This document shows positions 52,501-62,445 of a stretch of DNA of 64,000 nucleotides, piece after piece. The notes under the pieces are model-generated. The model did not search any database. It saw only the letters and a program-made list of their open reading frames with translations, and was not told where the DNA came from. The first letter of the stretch is position 1. Each line of letters begins with the position of its first letter. The translations under genes and the position numbers were made by a program. The stretch comes from Aplysia californica (taxonomy: Eukaryota), in assembly GCF_000002075.1 (NCBI RefSeq), contig NW_004797825.1, positions 455,491 through 519,490 on the forward strand, given 5' to 3'.

Positions 52501-55500
52501 ATGAAAGAAAAATCAAACAGGTGAAGAACAAGTCTGACCTTTGGGGCCTCAGGTGGTGCAGTTTCTAGAGGGGAACCAGCTACTGGATTGATGATTAGAC
52601 TCTGCTCCAGCTCAGTGGCTCCTGCAGTACAAGAGAAGAATTATGGGACTCATAACCAAGTGAAGATTTTTTGTGTCATAAGGTTACAAACAGTTTATCA
52701 GTATTCGTTTTATTTTTCTTCTCTCACCCACTACCTTTGGTAGAGTCTTAGGGATGCTCCTTAGTTAGTGATCAGTGTCCCAGACTTTCCCCACTTCTCC
52801 CTATCATGTGGGAGAGACTGGACTTCTGCAAAATGCCTCCCTATCCACTCACTGATGTTGTCTTTTTTTGGGGGGGGGGGGGGTGGGGTAAATATTTTAC
52901 GGCGCTCCCAACTGCATCAGGTCATATGAGCGTGCGGGATACACCAAACATTTTCAATTGGTAGGAAATTTTGAATTTTGCTCAGTTGGCGGCCTAGGCC
53001 TACTTTTATCAATTTTGGACCAACAAGGGATCTTATATGTGTGCAACTTGCACACGGGACCTCCGAGATTTTTCGCCCTTGTCCGAGAAGGCTAGACGTA
53101 GATCTTTCCTACCAGAAGATCAGGGGTGTGGCTGAAAGACAGCAGTAAGAAGGAGCCAAGGAGTAGCAGAAGAAAGGCTGCATAAAGAGTCAGGAGCCCT
53201 GTGGAGGGGGCAAAGGAGGTGAGGGGGTGGGGGAAGAAAGTGGAGACAAAAGCATCATCATCATTGCCTTTCTCACCCTGCACCAGGGTATAGGCCACGG
53301 ACAAACACCTTCCACCTTTCTCTATCCTGGGCTAGCCTCTTGATGTTATTCCATGTCTTCCCACTTTTCTGTACATCGATTTCTGTGATTCTTCTCCAGG
53401 TTCCACGCGGTCTTCCCCTTGATCTCTTACCCTGTGGGTTCCAATCCAAAACTATCACCTGTTCAAGAAAACCTGGATCCTCTTTATGCAAGTCTGTGAT
53501 GCGTTCCATGTCTCACATCCATACATTACAACAGGACTGACTTCACATTTGAACTGAAAATCCTCAGCTTTGTTTGAAGTGAGATATCTCTGGTCTTCCA
53601 AATCCTATCCAAAAAAATGAAAGCAGCCTGTGCTTTTCCAATGCGGGACTTTATTTCAGCATCTGTTCCTCCCTCTCTGTCAATTATACTCCCAAATTAG
53701 CAGAAGGATTGAACGTTTTCTAGTGCCTTTCCTTCTATTGTGACCTGCTCCTTTCGTAGTGCATCTGTCCTTAGGACCATTGACTTTCCGGGGTGGATCC
53801 TCAATCCAACAGACTCCGATAGGCTGTTTAATACTGAAGTCTTTGCTTGCATCTGTTCCTGGGTGTGTGACAGAAGCGCCAAGTCGTCTGCAAAATCCAT
53901 ATCGTTCAACTCTGTCCATGGTGTCCACTGTATACCATATCTGTGTCCTCTGGTGGTTTCCTTCATCAGCCAGTCGACTGCCAATATGAAGAGCAATGGT
54001 GATAATAAACATCCCTGTCTCACACCAGTCTTGATGTCAAAGCTGTCAGTGAGCTGGCCATCATGTACAACCCTGCAACTTGTCCCTTCGTACATGCTCT
54101 TGATGAGGTTCACCAACTTCTGTGGGATTCCGTGGTGTCTCATTATCTTCCATAGTGCTGCTCGGTCTATACTGTCAAAAGCCTTCTCATAGTCAAGGAA
54201 GTTGACGATCAGCTGGGAGTTCCACTCCAGGGACTGTTCCACAATAATCCTCAGCGTGGCAATCTGCTCTGTGGTTGAGCGAATTTTCCTGAAACCAGCC
54301 TGTTCATCCCGTAGTCATGGATCCGTTGCTGTCTTGATTCTCTCTGAGACGAAAGCAGATGGCAGAATATTGCAAGAGAGAAGGAAAGAAGGTGAAAGGA
54401 GACAATTTTGGAGAAGAAAATTTCTCAGTCGCTACCTGGATTCAAACCCAGGACCTTTGAATGAGAGGCGAACACCTTAACCTCCAGGCCACAAGAGCCC
54501 CCTTGATGTTGTCTGAATACCATTTCATTTATTTGGATCTCTTAATAGTCCCTCTTTATTGTTCAACAAGGAAGTCTTAACCAATCCACTCGATTTTCTA
54601 ATGTGATCATGCCATCTCAGAACCCTTTTTTATGGTTGTGAGAAGATCTTCAAGATAGCCAATATTATGTTGGATGGCCTGCCCATTTTCATTTTTCATT
54701 TGATCCACGCACAAGATGTTATGGTAGGATACCATTTCAAGCATCCCAACTCTTCTCTACAGCTCTGTACAGAAAGATGCAGAATGCCAAAGCATGCTGG
54801 CCATAGTCAGTGCTCCTAATACTTTGAGATATAGATCTAGTCATCCCTCAAAATGGTTTTCCATTTTTAGATATCAATATGCAAAAATAAACCGACCAAT
54901 CTAATGAAGTCTATTGACAGTACTAGTTACCTCAAACTAAGAAATTTGATGTATCAATTAAGCTGGAAAAAAGTCTCATTATTCCACAAGCCCAACCACA
55001 ACAGTTTTATGTTACCCACACCAAATCTCAATCACCAAGAATTTGAGAGAGAATTCCATTTTTTAGATTGAAAGAACAGGAACTTCTAATATTGATTTCA
55101 AGCAGCTTGATGCCAGAAAGCATTTCATAACCTCTTTCTATACAACATAAGAACCTATTGTGATCCAAATTCTCTGTAAATGCACTTGCTTTTGAATTAT
55201 TTATTAATGTGGTTCACATTGAGTGAAATTGAGGGACAAGATTCCTAAAAGACAACCATGCTCTATACCACAATATACAGAATAATGCACACAGCATAAG
55301 AAACAATAAAATGCAATACATATTCCTAATGGTACTTATTTACTCTAAAATAATCAAATCAAATCCGACTAACCTCTCACAAAGGAGATAAGATCGATGC
55401 AGCACTGGCCAAGGATGTTTGTTTTTTCCTCTTTCTGTCTCTTTTCTTTAGGCAATACTTCTGTTACAGTCACTGAAATACACAAGAGAAAAAAGTTACC

Positions 55501-58500
55501 ATACAGATAAGCTTCTGTCTCCAGCAGACCTTGTGATATCAATATTATTTCTGCCTACTTTATAACATGATTTTTCTACTCCTTCCATGATTTATCAATT
55601 CTTACTTTCAACTATAAATTCTTGGGATGCCTTAATAAAATGCAGAAATGAGTCTGTACTTTTTTTTATGAGCCGTGTCTGCTTTAACATCTAGGCTGGG
55701 AAAATAGCATGTGTTAAGTTAAAAAGTCAGAAGAAAGAAATTAAAGATATGATAGAATGAAAGTTGAAACTGTGATTAGACAAGCACTGAATTACACATC
55801 AAACTTGGAGAAAAAAAATCACATTTGCAGGTCAGTCTCATTCATAGAACTATTTTGTCTGATTCCTTATATATCTTTGCTTTGAATTAAATGATAATTT
55901 GGCATGTTTACAAAAATAAGTTTCAAAAGTTATTTTATTTTACTATGATAAAATTGGAAACTCCAGTTGTATCAGTAGCTTCAAATTAAGATTTCTCATG
56001 TAAAGTTGGGGAAACACTGTACAGATATTCTGAGTAAAAAAATGAGAACTCAAGGCTTGAAATGGGGATTGTGAGTTAACATTCAACTTCTTTCTCAGAG
56101 AGTCCGGTTTCACTGGTAAAACTTGTTCCGAACTGAAAGTAAGCTGTACAAACTAGGGATGGGCAGGTACCGGTACCCAGTACCGTAACTCATAGTACTA
56201 CCGGAGGTGTCAGTACCGACTCTGGGAAGGAGCCGACAGCAACGGTTTTTTTACCGGCCCTGGGAAGTGTGCAGTGTGTAGGCCTAGGCCTAGCAGCAGT
56301 GATGTCAGATGCACAACACAGCGGGTAACTTGGATACATGACTTCAGATTCAAAATTGACAATCAAAACGACATTTGTACAAGTTTAAAAATGGCATCAA
56401 ATCAGGTCCCACATGAGCCTCTTTGCTTATTTAGATACGCTGATTCCGAAAATAAAATAAATTTTTAGCGGCGATAATTATTTTTAACATTCTGCATGTA
56501 AAGTTTAGTCCAGCACGGTAGCAAACTTAAAAGGTATTTTGCGCCACAGTTCGCCTCTCTAATTCTGATTTGTGAGTGTGTGTGTGTGTGTGTGTGGGGG
56601 GGGGGGGGGGGATGCGGGAAAGTACTGACACAGGGTTTCTCCGGTACCACCCAGCAATAGTACAAACTGGGTTTCAACGGTCTAAGATCTAAACATTTAT
56701 CTGCTTAATAAGGTTAAACACTTTTCTGTCTCAAATTATGTTATTAACAACTGTAATTACAATTGGTGATACTATGATAAATAAAAAGAACATTCTACAC
56801 AAAATTTAAGCGATTCTAGACTAAAATTTGTTTAAAATACATTTTTAAAAAACAGTGTTTGCCTTAATTTGTCCAATAAAAGGTTAGATTCAGACATCAA
56901 CAATATGTTGTTCCCAAATACATCAGATGATTTTCTGAATTTGAGAATGCTAAAAAGAAATAGAGGCTTCGAAGCAAGTACGACATAGGGCATCAAGTGG
57001 TCCCTTTCAACATCAAGCAAACAAACTAAAACAAAACTCAAAGAAAAGGAAAAAAGGTCAATTAAAAACCTTAAAATCAGAACAGGTCTGTGCCCTGAAT
57101 TTATAAAAACAAATAAACAACAGGTCATTTTTAGTGAAGAGTGCACTTACAATAATTAATCTAATAGCCATTTAGACTTTTGGCTCTGCATTTTTACTGT
57201 TTTTCCTCTGGTCATTGTATTCTTGAAAGTCACTGTCATGGAACATGTTATATACTAAATGAAATATCATTCTTTCATCTTTTCAGCCATTTACAGCTCC
57301 ATTTGATTTGTTGTGACGGACTTTGCTCATAACAATACAGTCAGAAACCAACCCAATCCCCTCACCCTCTGTCAGCCACAAATATTTTTTGGGGGAAGCT
57401 CTGGACAACAGTTCACTTGAAATCGGATCAAACGGATCTACTGTTTCTGAGAAGTGTTCTTGGTGTAAGGTAAATAACAATGAAAGTCTACTAATATATT
57501 TTAGGTGTGTGTGATGGGGGAATTATGAAAGCAACGCAGAGGTAATGAGTTGAGAAGTAACTTACCAACAAGTGGTCTGTAAGTAATTTCGTCTAATGGC
57601 AGGGGATGGTTTAAAAGTGTAATACAAACAGTAAGTACTGACAATGTGCCCAACTGGTCTACTTAAGCTATGTAAAACCTATAGGAATACGCAGAAAAAG
57701 AAACCTAGAAAGCAAGAAAAGGAAAATCAAGTAAAGGAATGGCACAGGCTCAATGACGGTCTTAAAAAGATGGGTAAAGGCAAGGCAATGGACTGAAATT
57801 TTAAGCAATAGGATACAATTCTGACCTCACTGACAAGAGGGTTTACATCAAAAGGGATAGGTAGGGAAGTGAAAGACAAACAAACAAACAGATAGACAGA
57901 GTAAAAAAGATAAAAACAAATACAGAAGAGTCAGTCTGAAAGAGAAACAGAAAAAGACTGATATTAAGAAAGACAAACAATTTCTCTCAGCATAATCATT
58001 AAAAAAATCTTGATTACATGACCAAAAAAAGAACCAGAATGCAAACCCATACACCACTTAACAAAACAACCATTCCCCCCTCCCTTCTCCCCCCCCCCCC
58101 CCGCTTCCCGAAAAATAAAAACCAAACCAAAGTTTAGAATACAACAGGCAGATTCGAAAAGGATATATTGACTATATCTCTTACATGAAAATTCTATGAA
58201 ACAAAGATGGTTAAAAGTATGAATTTAAGGAAACAAAAAATTGTGATTACAGTATACATGTTCCAAACTAAAAAGGAGGGCCAAAGAGACGTTTGTAAGT
58301 ACTTACAAACAACTGGCTTGTACGAGATTTCATCAAGCGCCACGGGATCATCATAAGTGCAGTTAAGATTGGTGCTAAAATTGAATTCAGCGGGAGAATC
58401 TTGAGTGCAGTCTACTTTTGGACTCTCTCCAAGTGGCTTGTCTCCAAACTCGACTTTTACCATAGCATTCACAGTATCACCTTTGGAGCCCCTCTTCAGA

Positions 58501-58654
58501 GTGAATATGAGGATGAAAGACAGCACATACTTAAGTCCATCTTTTTTAAGAGCTAAGAATGTCAGTGACTACTAAATTGCAGATATACCTGTAACATTAT
58601 GTCACACACACACACATACATCTCTCTCTCTCTCTCTCTCTCTCTGTATATACA

Positions 58655-58697
<43 letters not shown>

Positions 58698-60178
58698 CCG
58701 AACCTGCCCTGACGGCCATCTCTATAAGACGGCCACCTGAAAAAACGGCCACTTTCCATTTCCCCCCTTGCGTTTTTTTCTACAAAAATTAACTGTGTAA
58801 AACGGGCACCTGTCCAACACGGCCGCGGCCACCATATTTTAACACACAACCCCTATCACACCAAGCAATAAAACCTGTCTTAGACGGCCACCTTAGTGAC
58901 TCCACTACATTTTGTCATAAATTGTGCATTGGCCCCTGGCGTTGTGGGCGAGCCGTCATAATCCAGTCACCTGCCGTTATTGTTAGGTAGTAGTCTCTCC
59001 AACCGATCACGTTGGCCACTGTTGATCAATAGGTACCAATTTTCAGCTGCTGGTAATTAATGTAAGCATGTGATCCCTCATAACCCATAAGCCCCGCCCA
59101 GAACTCATACACAAATCGTAAGTGAGAAAAGTGGTCACTGTTTACCCAGTCGATAACAAAGCAATAATGGACATCAACATGAGCTTGTGACAGAAGCGTC
59201 GCTCGTTCTCCGAGTGGTGGCGACTCATTTGTTTGTTTTAACATGGCACTCGGTTTTCCTCGTCTGATACATTTAGTTTTATTGTCACCCTTGCGCAAAA
59301 TCAGCAACAAAATAAAAATAACAAACAAAATAAAAACCAACAACAACAACAAAAACAACAATAATGCGGCTTCTTTCCATTGGGACCTCAGATGGGAATT
59401 GTTTGTTTTCTTCATTTTGATCAGTCCTGCCTAAGACGGCCACCTGTCTTATACGGCCACTTTTCTCCATGACAATGGGTGGCCGTNNNNNNNNNNNNNN
59501 NNNNNNNNNNNNNNNNNNNNNNNNNNNNNNNNNNNNNNNNNNNNNNNNNNNNNNNNNNNNNNNNNNNNNNNNNNNNNNNNNNNNNNNNNNNNNNNNNNNN
59601 NNNNNNNNNNNNNNNNNNNNNNNNNNNNNNNNNNNNNNNNNNNNNNGATTGCAGCATTATATATAATAATTCCCACTGATATGCAAAAATATACAATTCA
59701 GTTTCAACTGTATCCTTCTTCTTTCAGTTTGAAAAGAAACCTCATTCTCTATCTAAAAACATATTCCAGTACACTGGATAAAACATGCCCAATATTTTGT
59801 ACTGGAACATGAACAATTAGTGTGTAACATATAATAAGATAACATTCATAATTTAGAGAATTATTACACAAAAGCCCTGATCAAAGTATTAAAAGGATAG
59901 ATCTTCTAGGTACTGTTCATCAGAAACTAAATATTCGTGAGCAGTAAGTTTGTGTGTTTGCAAGTGCAAGGCACACTTCCATAGTGGAATATACAAAGAA
60001 TGCTTTAAATCAGATCCCAGTATCATTTCTTGCTAATACCAGCAGTTATGGTTGCAAATCCAAAAACATAGAAACTATATAATACCAAAATTCAGCTTAC
60101 CAGATTTTTAGCTCTCACCACTGTGATGCTAATTGGCTCTGGGGGCCGAACATGTGAGATATCTGCCTCTGTTGCCAT
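15622..60178 (-). CDS. CFAP70: Cilia- and flagella-associated protein 70 (TTC18), spliced CDS of 28 core exons, ~1099 aa
   Basis: Manual GT-AG exon chaining gives one open frame with consistent phases (3300 nt including stop). Motifs I recognise from CFAP70: N-terminal RGSKGD...[70 protein letters not shown]-terminal TPR repeats and the GFGNPAF* ending. Confidence 0.93.
15817..15985. repeat. Degenerate (TTC/CTC)n tract in the last CFAP70 intron
   Basis: Seen directly. Confidence 0.85.
16104..16253 (-). CDS. CFAP70: CFAP70 exon 27 ([34 protein letters not shown]...)
   Basis: cag| ... |gtgaga, 150 nt, phase 0 to 0. Confidence 0.93.
16285..16540. repeat. Degenerate (TTG/CTG)n triplet tract just upstream of the exon-27 acceptor
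   Basis: Seen directly. Confidence 0.85.
17190..17405 (-). mobile_element. Degenerate tRNA-derived SINE, same family as 19680-19870
   Basis: B-box-like AGTTCAATTC; shared block aagcagggtcaaagcccacctcctaaatgatctaaattgtgt. Confidence 0.6.
17497..17586 (-). CDS. CFAP70: CFAP70 exon 26 ([30 protein letters not shown]), TPR
   Basis: cag| ... |gtgaga, 90 nt, phase 0 to 0. Confidence 0.93.
18071..18232 (-). CDS. CFAP70: CFAP70 exon 25 ([13 protein letters not shown]...[13 protein letters not shown]), TPR
   Basis: cag| ... |gtgagg, 162 nt, phase 0 to 0. Confidence 0.93.
18885..19141 (-). mobile_element. tRNA-derived SINE (V-domain-like)
   Basis: A box TGGCAGAGTGG, B box GGTTCAAGCC, CACCCAGCAGTAATGGGTTCCTGACT core; 13-bp TSD tagttaatagtaa at 18872-18884 and 19142-19154. 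Confidence 0.8.
19246..19398 (-). CDS. CFAP70: CFAP70 exon 24 ([11 protein letters not shown]...EALQFDFQ), TPR
   Basis: cag| ... |gtaggg, 153 nt, phase 0 to 0. Confidence 0.93.
19680..19870 (+). mobile_element. Degenerate SINE, inverted relative to 17190-17405
   Basis: agttcaattcc B-box-like; aagcagggtaaagcctacctcctaaaagacctaaattgtgt. Confidence 0.6.
20160..20463. repeat. (GT)n(GA)n and (CA)n microsatellites
   Basis: Seen directly. Confidence 0.9.
20473..20672 (-). CDS. CFAP70: CFAP70 exon 23 ([11 protein letters not shown]...[18 protein letters not shown])
   Basis: cag| ... |gtgagt, 200 nt, phase 1 to 0. Confidence 0.9.
20647..21570. repeat. Degenerate ~65-90 bp minisatellite containing the exon-23 splice acceptor
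   Basis: About a dozen copies of agatgggtttggaaatagagcctgtgggc.gatgggaag.. with ttaaaggatactagatga spacers. Confidence 0.85.
24317..24346 (-). CDS. CFAP70: Candidate 30-nt microexon of CFAP70 with GC donor ([10 protein letters not shown])
   Basis: tatttgccgtctcaacag| ... CAG|gcaagt, phase 1 to 1. Confidence 0.45.
25351..25467 (-). CDS. CFAP70: CFAP70 exon 22 ([21 protein letters not shown]...NSA), low-complexity linker
   Basis: tag| ... |gtaaaa, 117 nt, phase 1 to 1; a possible in-frame alternative donor lies 9 nt downstream (gttggt). Confidence 0.8.
26124..26287. repeat. Near-perfect 84-bp tandem duplication
   Basis: actagcaaagtttaatata(a/g)gagtattttcttgc...ggtcgaaaacaa at 26124 and 26208. 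Confidence 0.9.
27175..27342 (-). CDS. CFAP70: CFAP70 exon 21 ([22 protein letters not shown]...)
   Basis: cag| ... |gtagga, 168 nt, phase 1 to 1. Confidence 0.9.
27778..27893 (-). CDS. CFAP70: CFAP70 exon 20 ([10 protein letters not shown]...[19 protein letters not shown])
   Basis: cag| ... |gtgagg, 116 nt, phase 2 to 1. Confidence 0.92.
28320..28372 (-). CDS. CFAP70: CFAP70 exon 19 ([17 protein letters not shown])
   Basis: cag| ... |gtgagt, 53 nt, phase 0 to 2. Confidence 0.92.
28927..29007 (-). CDS. CFAP70: CFAP70 exon 18 ([27 protein letters not shown]), TPR
   Basis: cag| ... |gtcagt, 81 nt, phase 0 to 0. Confidence 0.92.
29790..29975 (-). CDS. CFAP70: CFAP70 exon 17 ([15 protein letters not shown]...AATYYKE)
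   Basis: cag| ... |gtagga, 186 nt, phase 0 to 0. Confidence 0.93.
30419..30557 (-). CDS. CFAP70: CFAP70 exon 16 ([34 protein letters not shown]...)
   Basis: tag| ... |gtatga, 139 nt, phase 2 to 0. Confidence 0.93.
31196..31258 (-). CDS. CFAP70: CFAP70 exon 15 ([20 protein letters not shown])
   Basis: cag| ... |gtgagt, 63 nt, phase 2 to 2. Confidence 0.88.
31583..31762. mobile_element. Short pogo/Tigger-like MITE
   Basis: TA-CAGTCGAACCT ... TTTAGACTG-TA, with internal gaccacc/ggtggcc motifs. Confidence 0.7.
32139..32200 (-). CDS. CFAP70: CFAP70 exon 14 ([20 protein letters not shown])
   Basis: cag| ... |gtaatg, 62 nt, phase 0 to 2. Confidence 0.92.
32944..33004 (-). CDS. CFAP70: CFAP70 exon 13 ([20 protein letters not shown])
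   Basis: cag| ... |gtcagt, 61 nt, phase 2 to 0. Confidence 0.92.
33195..34200 (-). mobile_element. 5'-truncated RTE-type LINE (RT C-terminal part)
   Basis: ORF 33338-34117: [38 protein letters not shown]; (GAT)n tail at 33195-33216. Confidence 0.9.
34455..34615 (-). CDS. CFAP70: CFAP70 exon 12 (TSQGKSD...[29 protein letters not shown])
   Basis: cag| ... |gtactg, 161 nt, phase 0 to 2. Confidence 0.92.
36777..37295 (+). mobile_element. Full-length tRNA-derived SINE (Meta/MESC-like core)
   Basis: A box TGGCCTAGAGG, B box GGTTCAAATCC, core GGTCCCGTGTG..GCACGTTAAAGATCCC, A-rich tail; 12-bp TSD agttttatggcg at 36765-36776 and 37296-37307. Confidence 0.85.
43489..43521 (-). CDS. CFAP70: Candidate 33-nt frame-preserving microexon of CFAP70 ([11 protein letters not shown])
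   Basis: ttttaatgcctctgtccacag| ... ACG|gtgcga, phase 0 to 0; Lys/Glu-rich peptide resembles the adjacent exon. Confidence 0.55.
44026..44163 (-). CDS. CFAP70: CFAP70 exon 11 ([13 protein letters not shown]...DVKKG)
   Basis: cag| ... |gtaagt, 138 nt, phase 0 to 0. Confidence 0.88.
44833..44894 (-). CDS. CFAP70: CFAP70 exon 10 ([21 protein letters not shown])
   Basis: cag| ... |gttggt, 62 nt, phase 1 to 0. Confidence 0.9.
45788..45884 (-). mobile_element. ~100-bp 3' fragment of the RTE family seen at 53255-54345
   Basis: catcatcatcctctttctcaccctg..gtataggccacg.acaaacac matches 53253-53350; flanked by ataagacat direct repeats. Confidence 0.7.
45917..45986 (-). CDS. CFAP70: CFAP70 exon 9 ([23 protein letters not shown])
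   Basis: cag| ... |gtatgt, 70 nt, phase 0 to 1. Confidence 0.92.
48505..48589 (-). CDS. CFAP70: CFAP70 exon 8 ([17 protein letters not shown]...GKK)
   Basis: cag| ... |gtacg, 85 nt, phase 2 to 0. Confidence 0.9.
49195..49344 (-). CDS. CFAP70: CFAP70 exon 7 ([14 protein letters not shown]...[14 protein letters not shown])
   Basis: cag| ... |gtcagt, 150 nt, phase 2 to 2. Confidence 0.92.
50328..50455 (-). CDS. CFAP70: CFAP70 exon 6 ([13 protein letters not shown]...MPD)
   Basis: cag| ... |gtgagt, 128 nt, phase 0 to 2. Confidence 0.9.
51224..51400 (-). CDS. CFAP70: CFAP70 exon 5 ([14 protein letters not shown]...PISAD)
   Basis: cag| ... |gtaagt, 177 nt, phase 0 to 0. Confidence 0.9.
52539..52621 (-). 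CDS. CFAP70: CFAP70 exon 4 ([28 protein letters not shown])
   Basis: cag| ... |gtcag, 83 nt, phase 1 to 0. Confidence 0.88.
52864..54503 (-). mobile_element. SINE of the 36777 family, split by a LINE insertion
   Basis: Head at 54358-54503 and body/tail at 52864-53254 are colinear with 36777-37295; TSD tgatgttgtct at 52853-52863 and 54504-54514. Confidence 0.85.
53255..54345 (-). mobile_element. 5'-truncated RTE-type LINE nested in the SINE
   Basis: [32 protein letters not shown] motifs; (TGA)n tail; TSD gagac(a/g)aaagca at 53243-53254 and 54346-54357. Confidence 0.9.
55374..55472 (-). CDS. CFAP70: CFAP70 exon 3 ([33 protein letters not shown])
   Basis: cag| ... |gttagt, 99 nt, phase 1 to 1. 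Confidence 0.92.
56154..56659. mobile_element. hAT-like MITE
   Basis: Imperfect TIR TAGGGATGGGCAGGTACCGG / CCGGTACCACCCAGCAATA; 8-bp TSD gtacaaac at 56146-56153 and 56660-56667. Confidence 0.8.
58307..58493 (-). CDS. CFAP70: CFAP70 exon 2 ([12 protein letters not shown]...KPVV)
   Basis: aag| ... |gtaagt, 187 nt, phase 0 to 1. Confidence 0.9.
58695..59486. mobile_element. pogo/Tigger-like MITE inserted in (TA)n; right end lost in a gap
   Basis: TA-CAGCCGAACCTG start and repeated acggccac subterminal motifs. Confidence 0.7.
60101..60178 (-). CDS. CFAP70: CFAP70 coding exon 1 ([26 protein letters not shown]); exon starts at 60194
   Basis: ATG at 60178, donor gtaag, acceptor tttcag 16 nt upstream of the ATG (so an upstream non-coding exon is implied); phase 0. 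Confidence 0.85.
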
Positions 60179-60639
60179 GCTGCTCACCACTCACCTGAAA
60201 CATTAGAAAAATATGATATAGGCAAATCATTAACATTGTAATAGATCAGTTATTTCTAAATGGACAGAGTATGGGTAAAAAAACTAATAAGTTTATTTAT
60301 ATCAGTTTTTGTAATGGCAGTACATTTTTTAGCACTAGAATTCTTTTCAATATTCCGATTTTTCTAACTCTAGCATCGCTCATGAGCAGATGAGCTTCCA
60401 AGTAGAGGGCTAAATCTTACTTTATTACTCAAATCCACCAATTCAGAATAAAAGATTGCCATCCTGAAAATTACCCTAAAAACACCAGTTACTGGCAATA
60501 CTTGTAAAGTGGTGTCTGCCTAACTAACAACAACTCCTTTGGGAAGCAGGCCTTGGTTGTTGTTAGGTAGACATGGTCACTAACTAAATTTTCAAAAGGG
60601 AGGGGGGGTGGGGGTGCACAACTATAAACTTCAAAGATA

Positions 60640-61513
60640 CAGTCGAACCTGTTTATGACGGAATCTCAAGGGAGCCCGAAAAAAATTCCGTCTTAGACAG
60701 GGGAATTTAGGGGGAGATGGAGGGGGGGGGGGGTTTCAAAGGCCCAGCCGGTGGGATCAAGGATCGCTTGTCCGATTGGCAAGCAGTCACAAGTGGTCAA
60801 AACTTCACACCTCTCAACTGCCATCCTCTCTGATAATGACATGCATCACTCTTACTTATCCAATTACCACCAGATTTTGCCTTTCATAGGACCACTGTTT
60901 GACCTATTAAAAACAGAAACGTTTGAACATCTCCTTTGCTTCCACCCTTGGCCCCCACCCATCAGTGTAACAAGCACAGTCAACCAATGCCACCCCTCAC
61001 TGACATCATGTAACAAGATTCGTGGAACTCTTTTCTCGGCTGGCCGTACGATCAGGGTGGCAGGCGTTGGTCAAACTAATTTCACACCTCTGACTTAATT
61101 CTGGCTACCCAGGAAAGTTTCCGTAGTGGTTCGCTACTCGAGCACTCTTACGGGCAGTTGTGAGATTTCACACCCACACCACCCTGACCATCTACATCGC
61201 TCAGGGCTCACATGATGGGGTAACATCTACCCCCAAATTGCACCCCTACCATCCTTCCTTGCCTAGCGGCATGGCCATGGCGTTAAGTTTAGAGCCGGCG
61301 GAACCAAACTTGCGAGTTTTGTTTCAAATCAGGGTTGAATGGGCAAAGCATTTTCCGTCTTAGACAGGTGAAACCCTCAGAAAGGAGCGGATTCTATGTT
61401 TGTTTTCGCGTTGGACAGGTTTCTGTTTTAAACAGATAATTAAAGAGGAATATATCAAGGGGGGAGCTGGGAGATTCCGTTAAGACAGGTTTCCGTTGAG
61501 GCAGGTTCGACTG
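60640..61513. mobile_element. Tc1/pogo-like MITE
   Basis: TA-CAGTCGAACCTG ... CAGGTTCGACTG-TA; internal ttccgtcttagacagg repeats. Confidence 0.85.
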
Positions 61514-61842
61514 TAATGATAACCCCCCCAACACACACACATGAGCCCTACTCCACAGCACCCAAAACTGGCCGAAATCGTGCCTCTCAGTTTCTCAGCT
61601 ATCAAAGTCCGAACCACTCTGTGCCGGGTTACATGGGGGTCACTGGCCGCTCCTGCGCGTATCAGCTACAGGCGGACAGGTCATGGCGTAATCGACACTT
61701 TTGACACTAAATATCAGAAGCATCTTCACTGTAACCATGAAATATTTCATACCAGTAGAAAAGACTAAGTTTCCCTCTCACAGTCTACGAAAACCCGACC
61801 TAAATGGGATTATATTTGCCTGTGTTACTGTGTGTGCAAAAT

Positions 61843-62445
61843 GTGTGTGTGCCTAAAGAAAGGTACCAAAAGTCAGGTTTTGACCCTTTTGAGTTAAGGG
61901 TTTGTACCTTATAGGTAATGTTGAATGCAATGGTTTTTTAATTTTTGAGATATCTCAAGTAGCTTTTGGGAAATTGCACATTTTGTGAGGTAGGGTATAA
62001 AGATCTAATTTTGAGAAAATTAGCTTTTAAGTTTAGGACACATACAAACTTTAAAAAATGATGATTCAATTGTTTCTACTGTATTTATTCATGGAAAATT
62101 CATTTCCAATTTGGCATTCAGTTGACATCAATATATCATGATTAGAATTCAATGGTAAAACATAGCGGGGAAGTGAAACCATGCTTCAAGAATAGATTAT
62201 AACACTTTCTAAAAGCAGTTTTCATTATCTCTTAAAAAAAAATACCCTAGTCTCAAAATTATTCAAAATAAAATATTTAGAAGTCAAATCAATGAAAACT
62301 CTTTTAAAACATTGTTAAAAAATGGTGGAACTATTATTTTTTATGGAAAATTTTTTGGGTTAATAAAGTGATTTTTTGTCAATATCAACCTGTATCTCAA
62401 AATGGTCTGTGGCGACTTTTAGTACCTTTCTTTATGCACACACAC
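61843..62445. mobile_element. MITE with ~32-bp TIR and 4-bp AAAT TSD (Sola-like)
   Basis: gtgtgtgtgcctaaagaaaggtaccaaaagtc / gacttttagtacctttctttatgcacacacac; aaat at 61839-61842 and 62446-62449. Confidence 0.75.

Noticed and set aside
60171-60183. RFX X-box-like half site (GTTGCCATG) at the CFAP70 start codon
   Set aside because: Only one half matches, and it is explained by the ATG GCA ACA codons.
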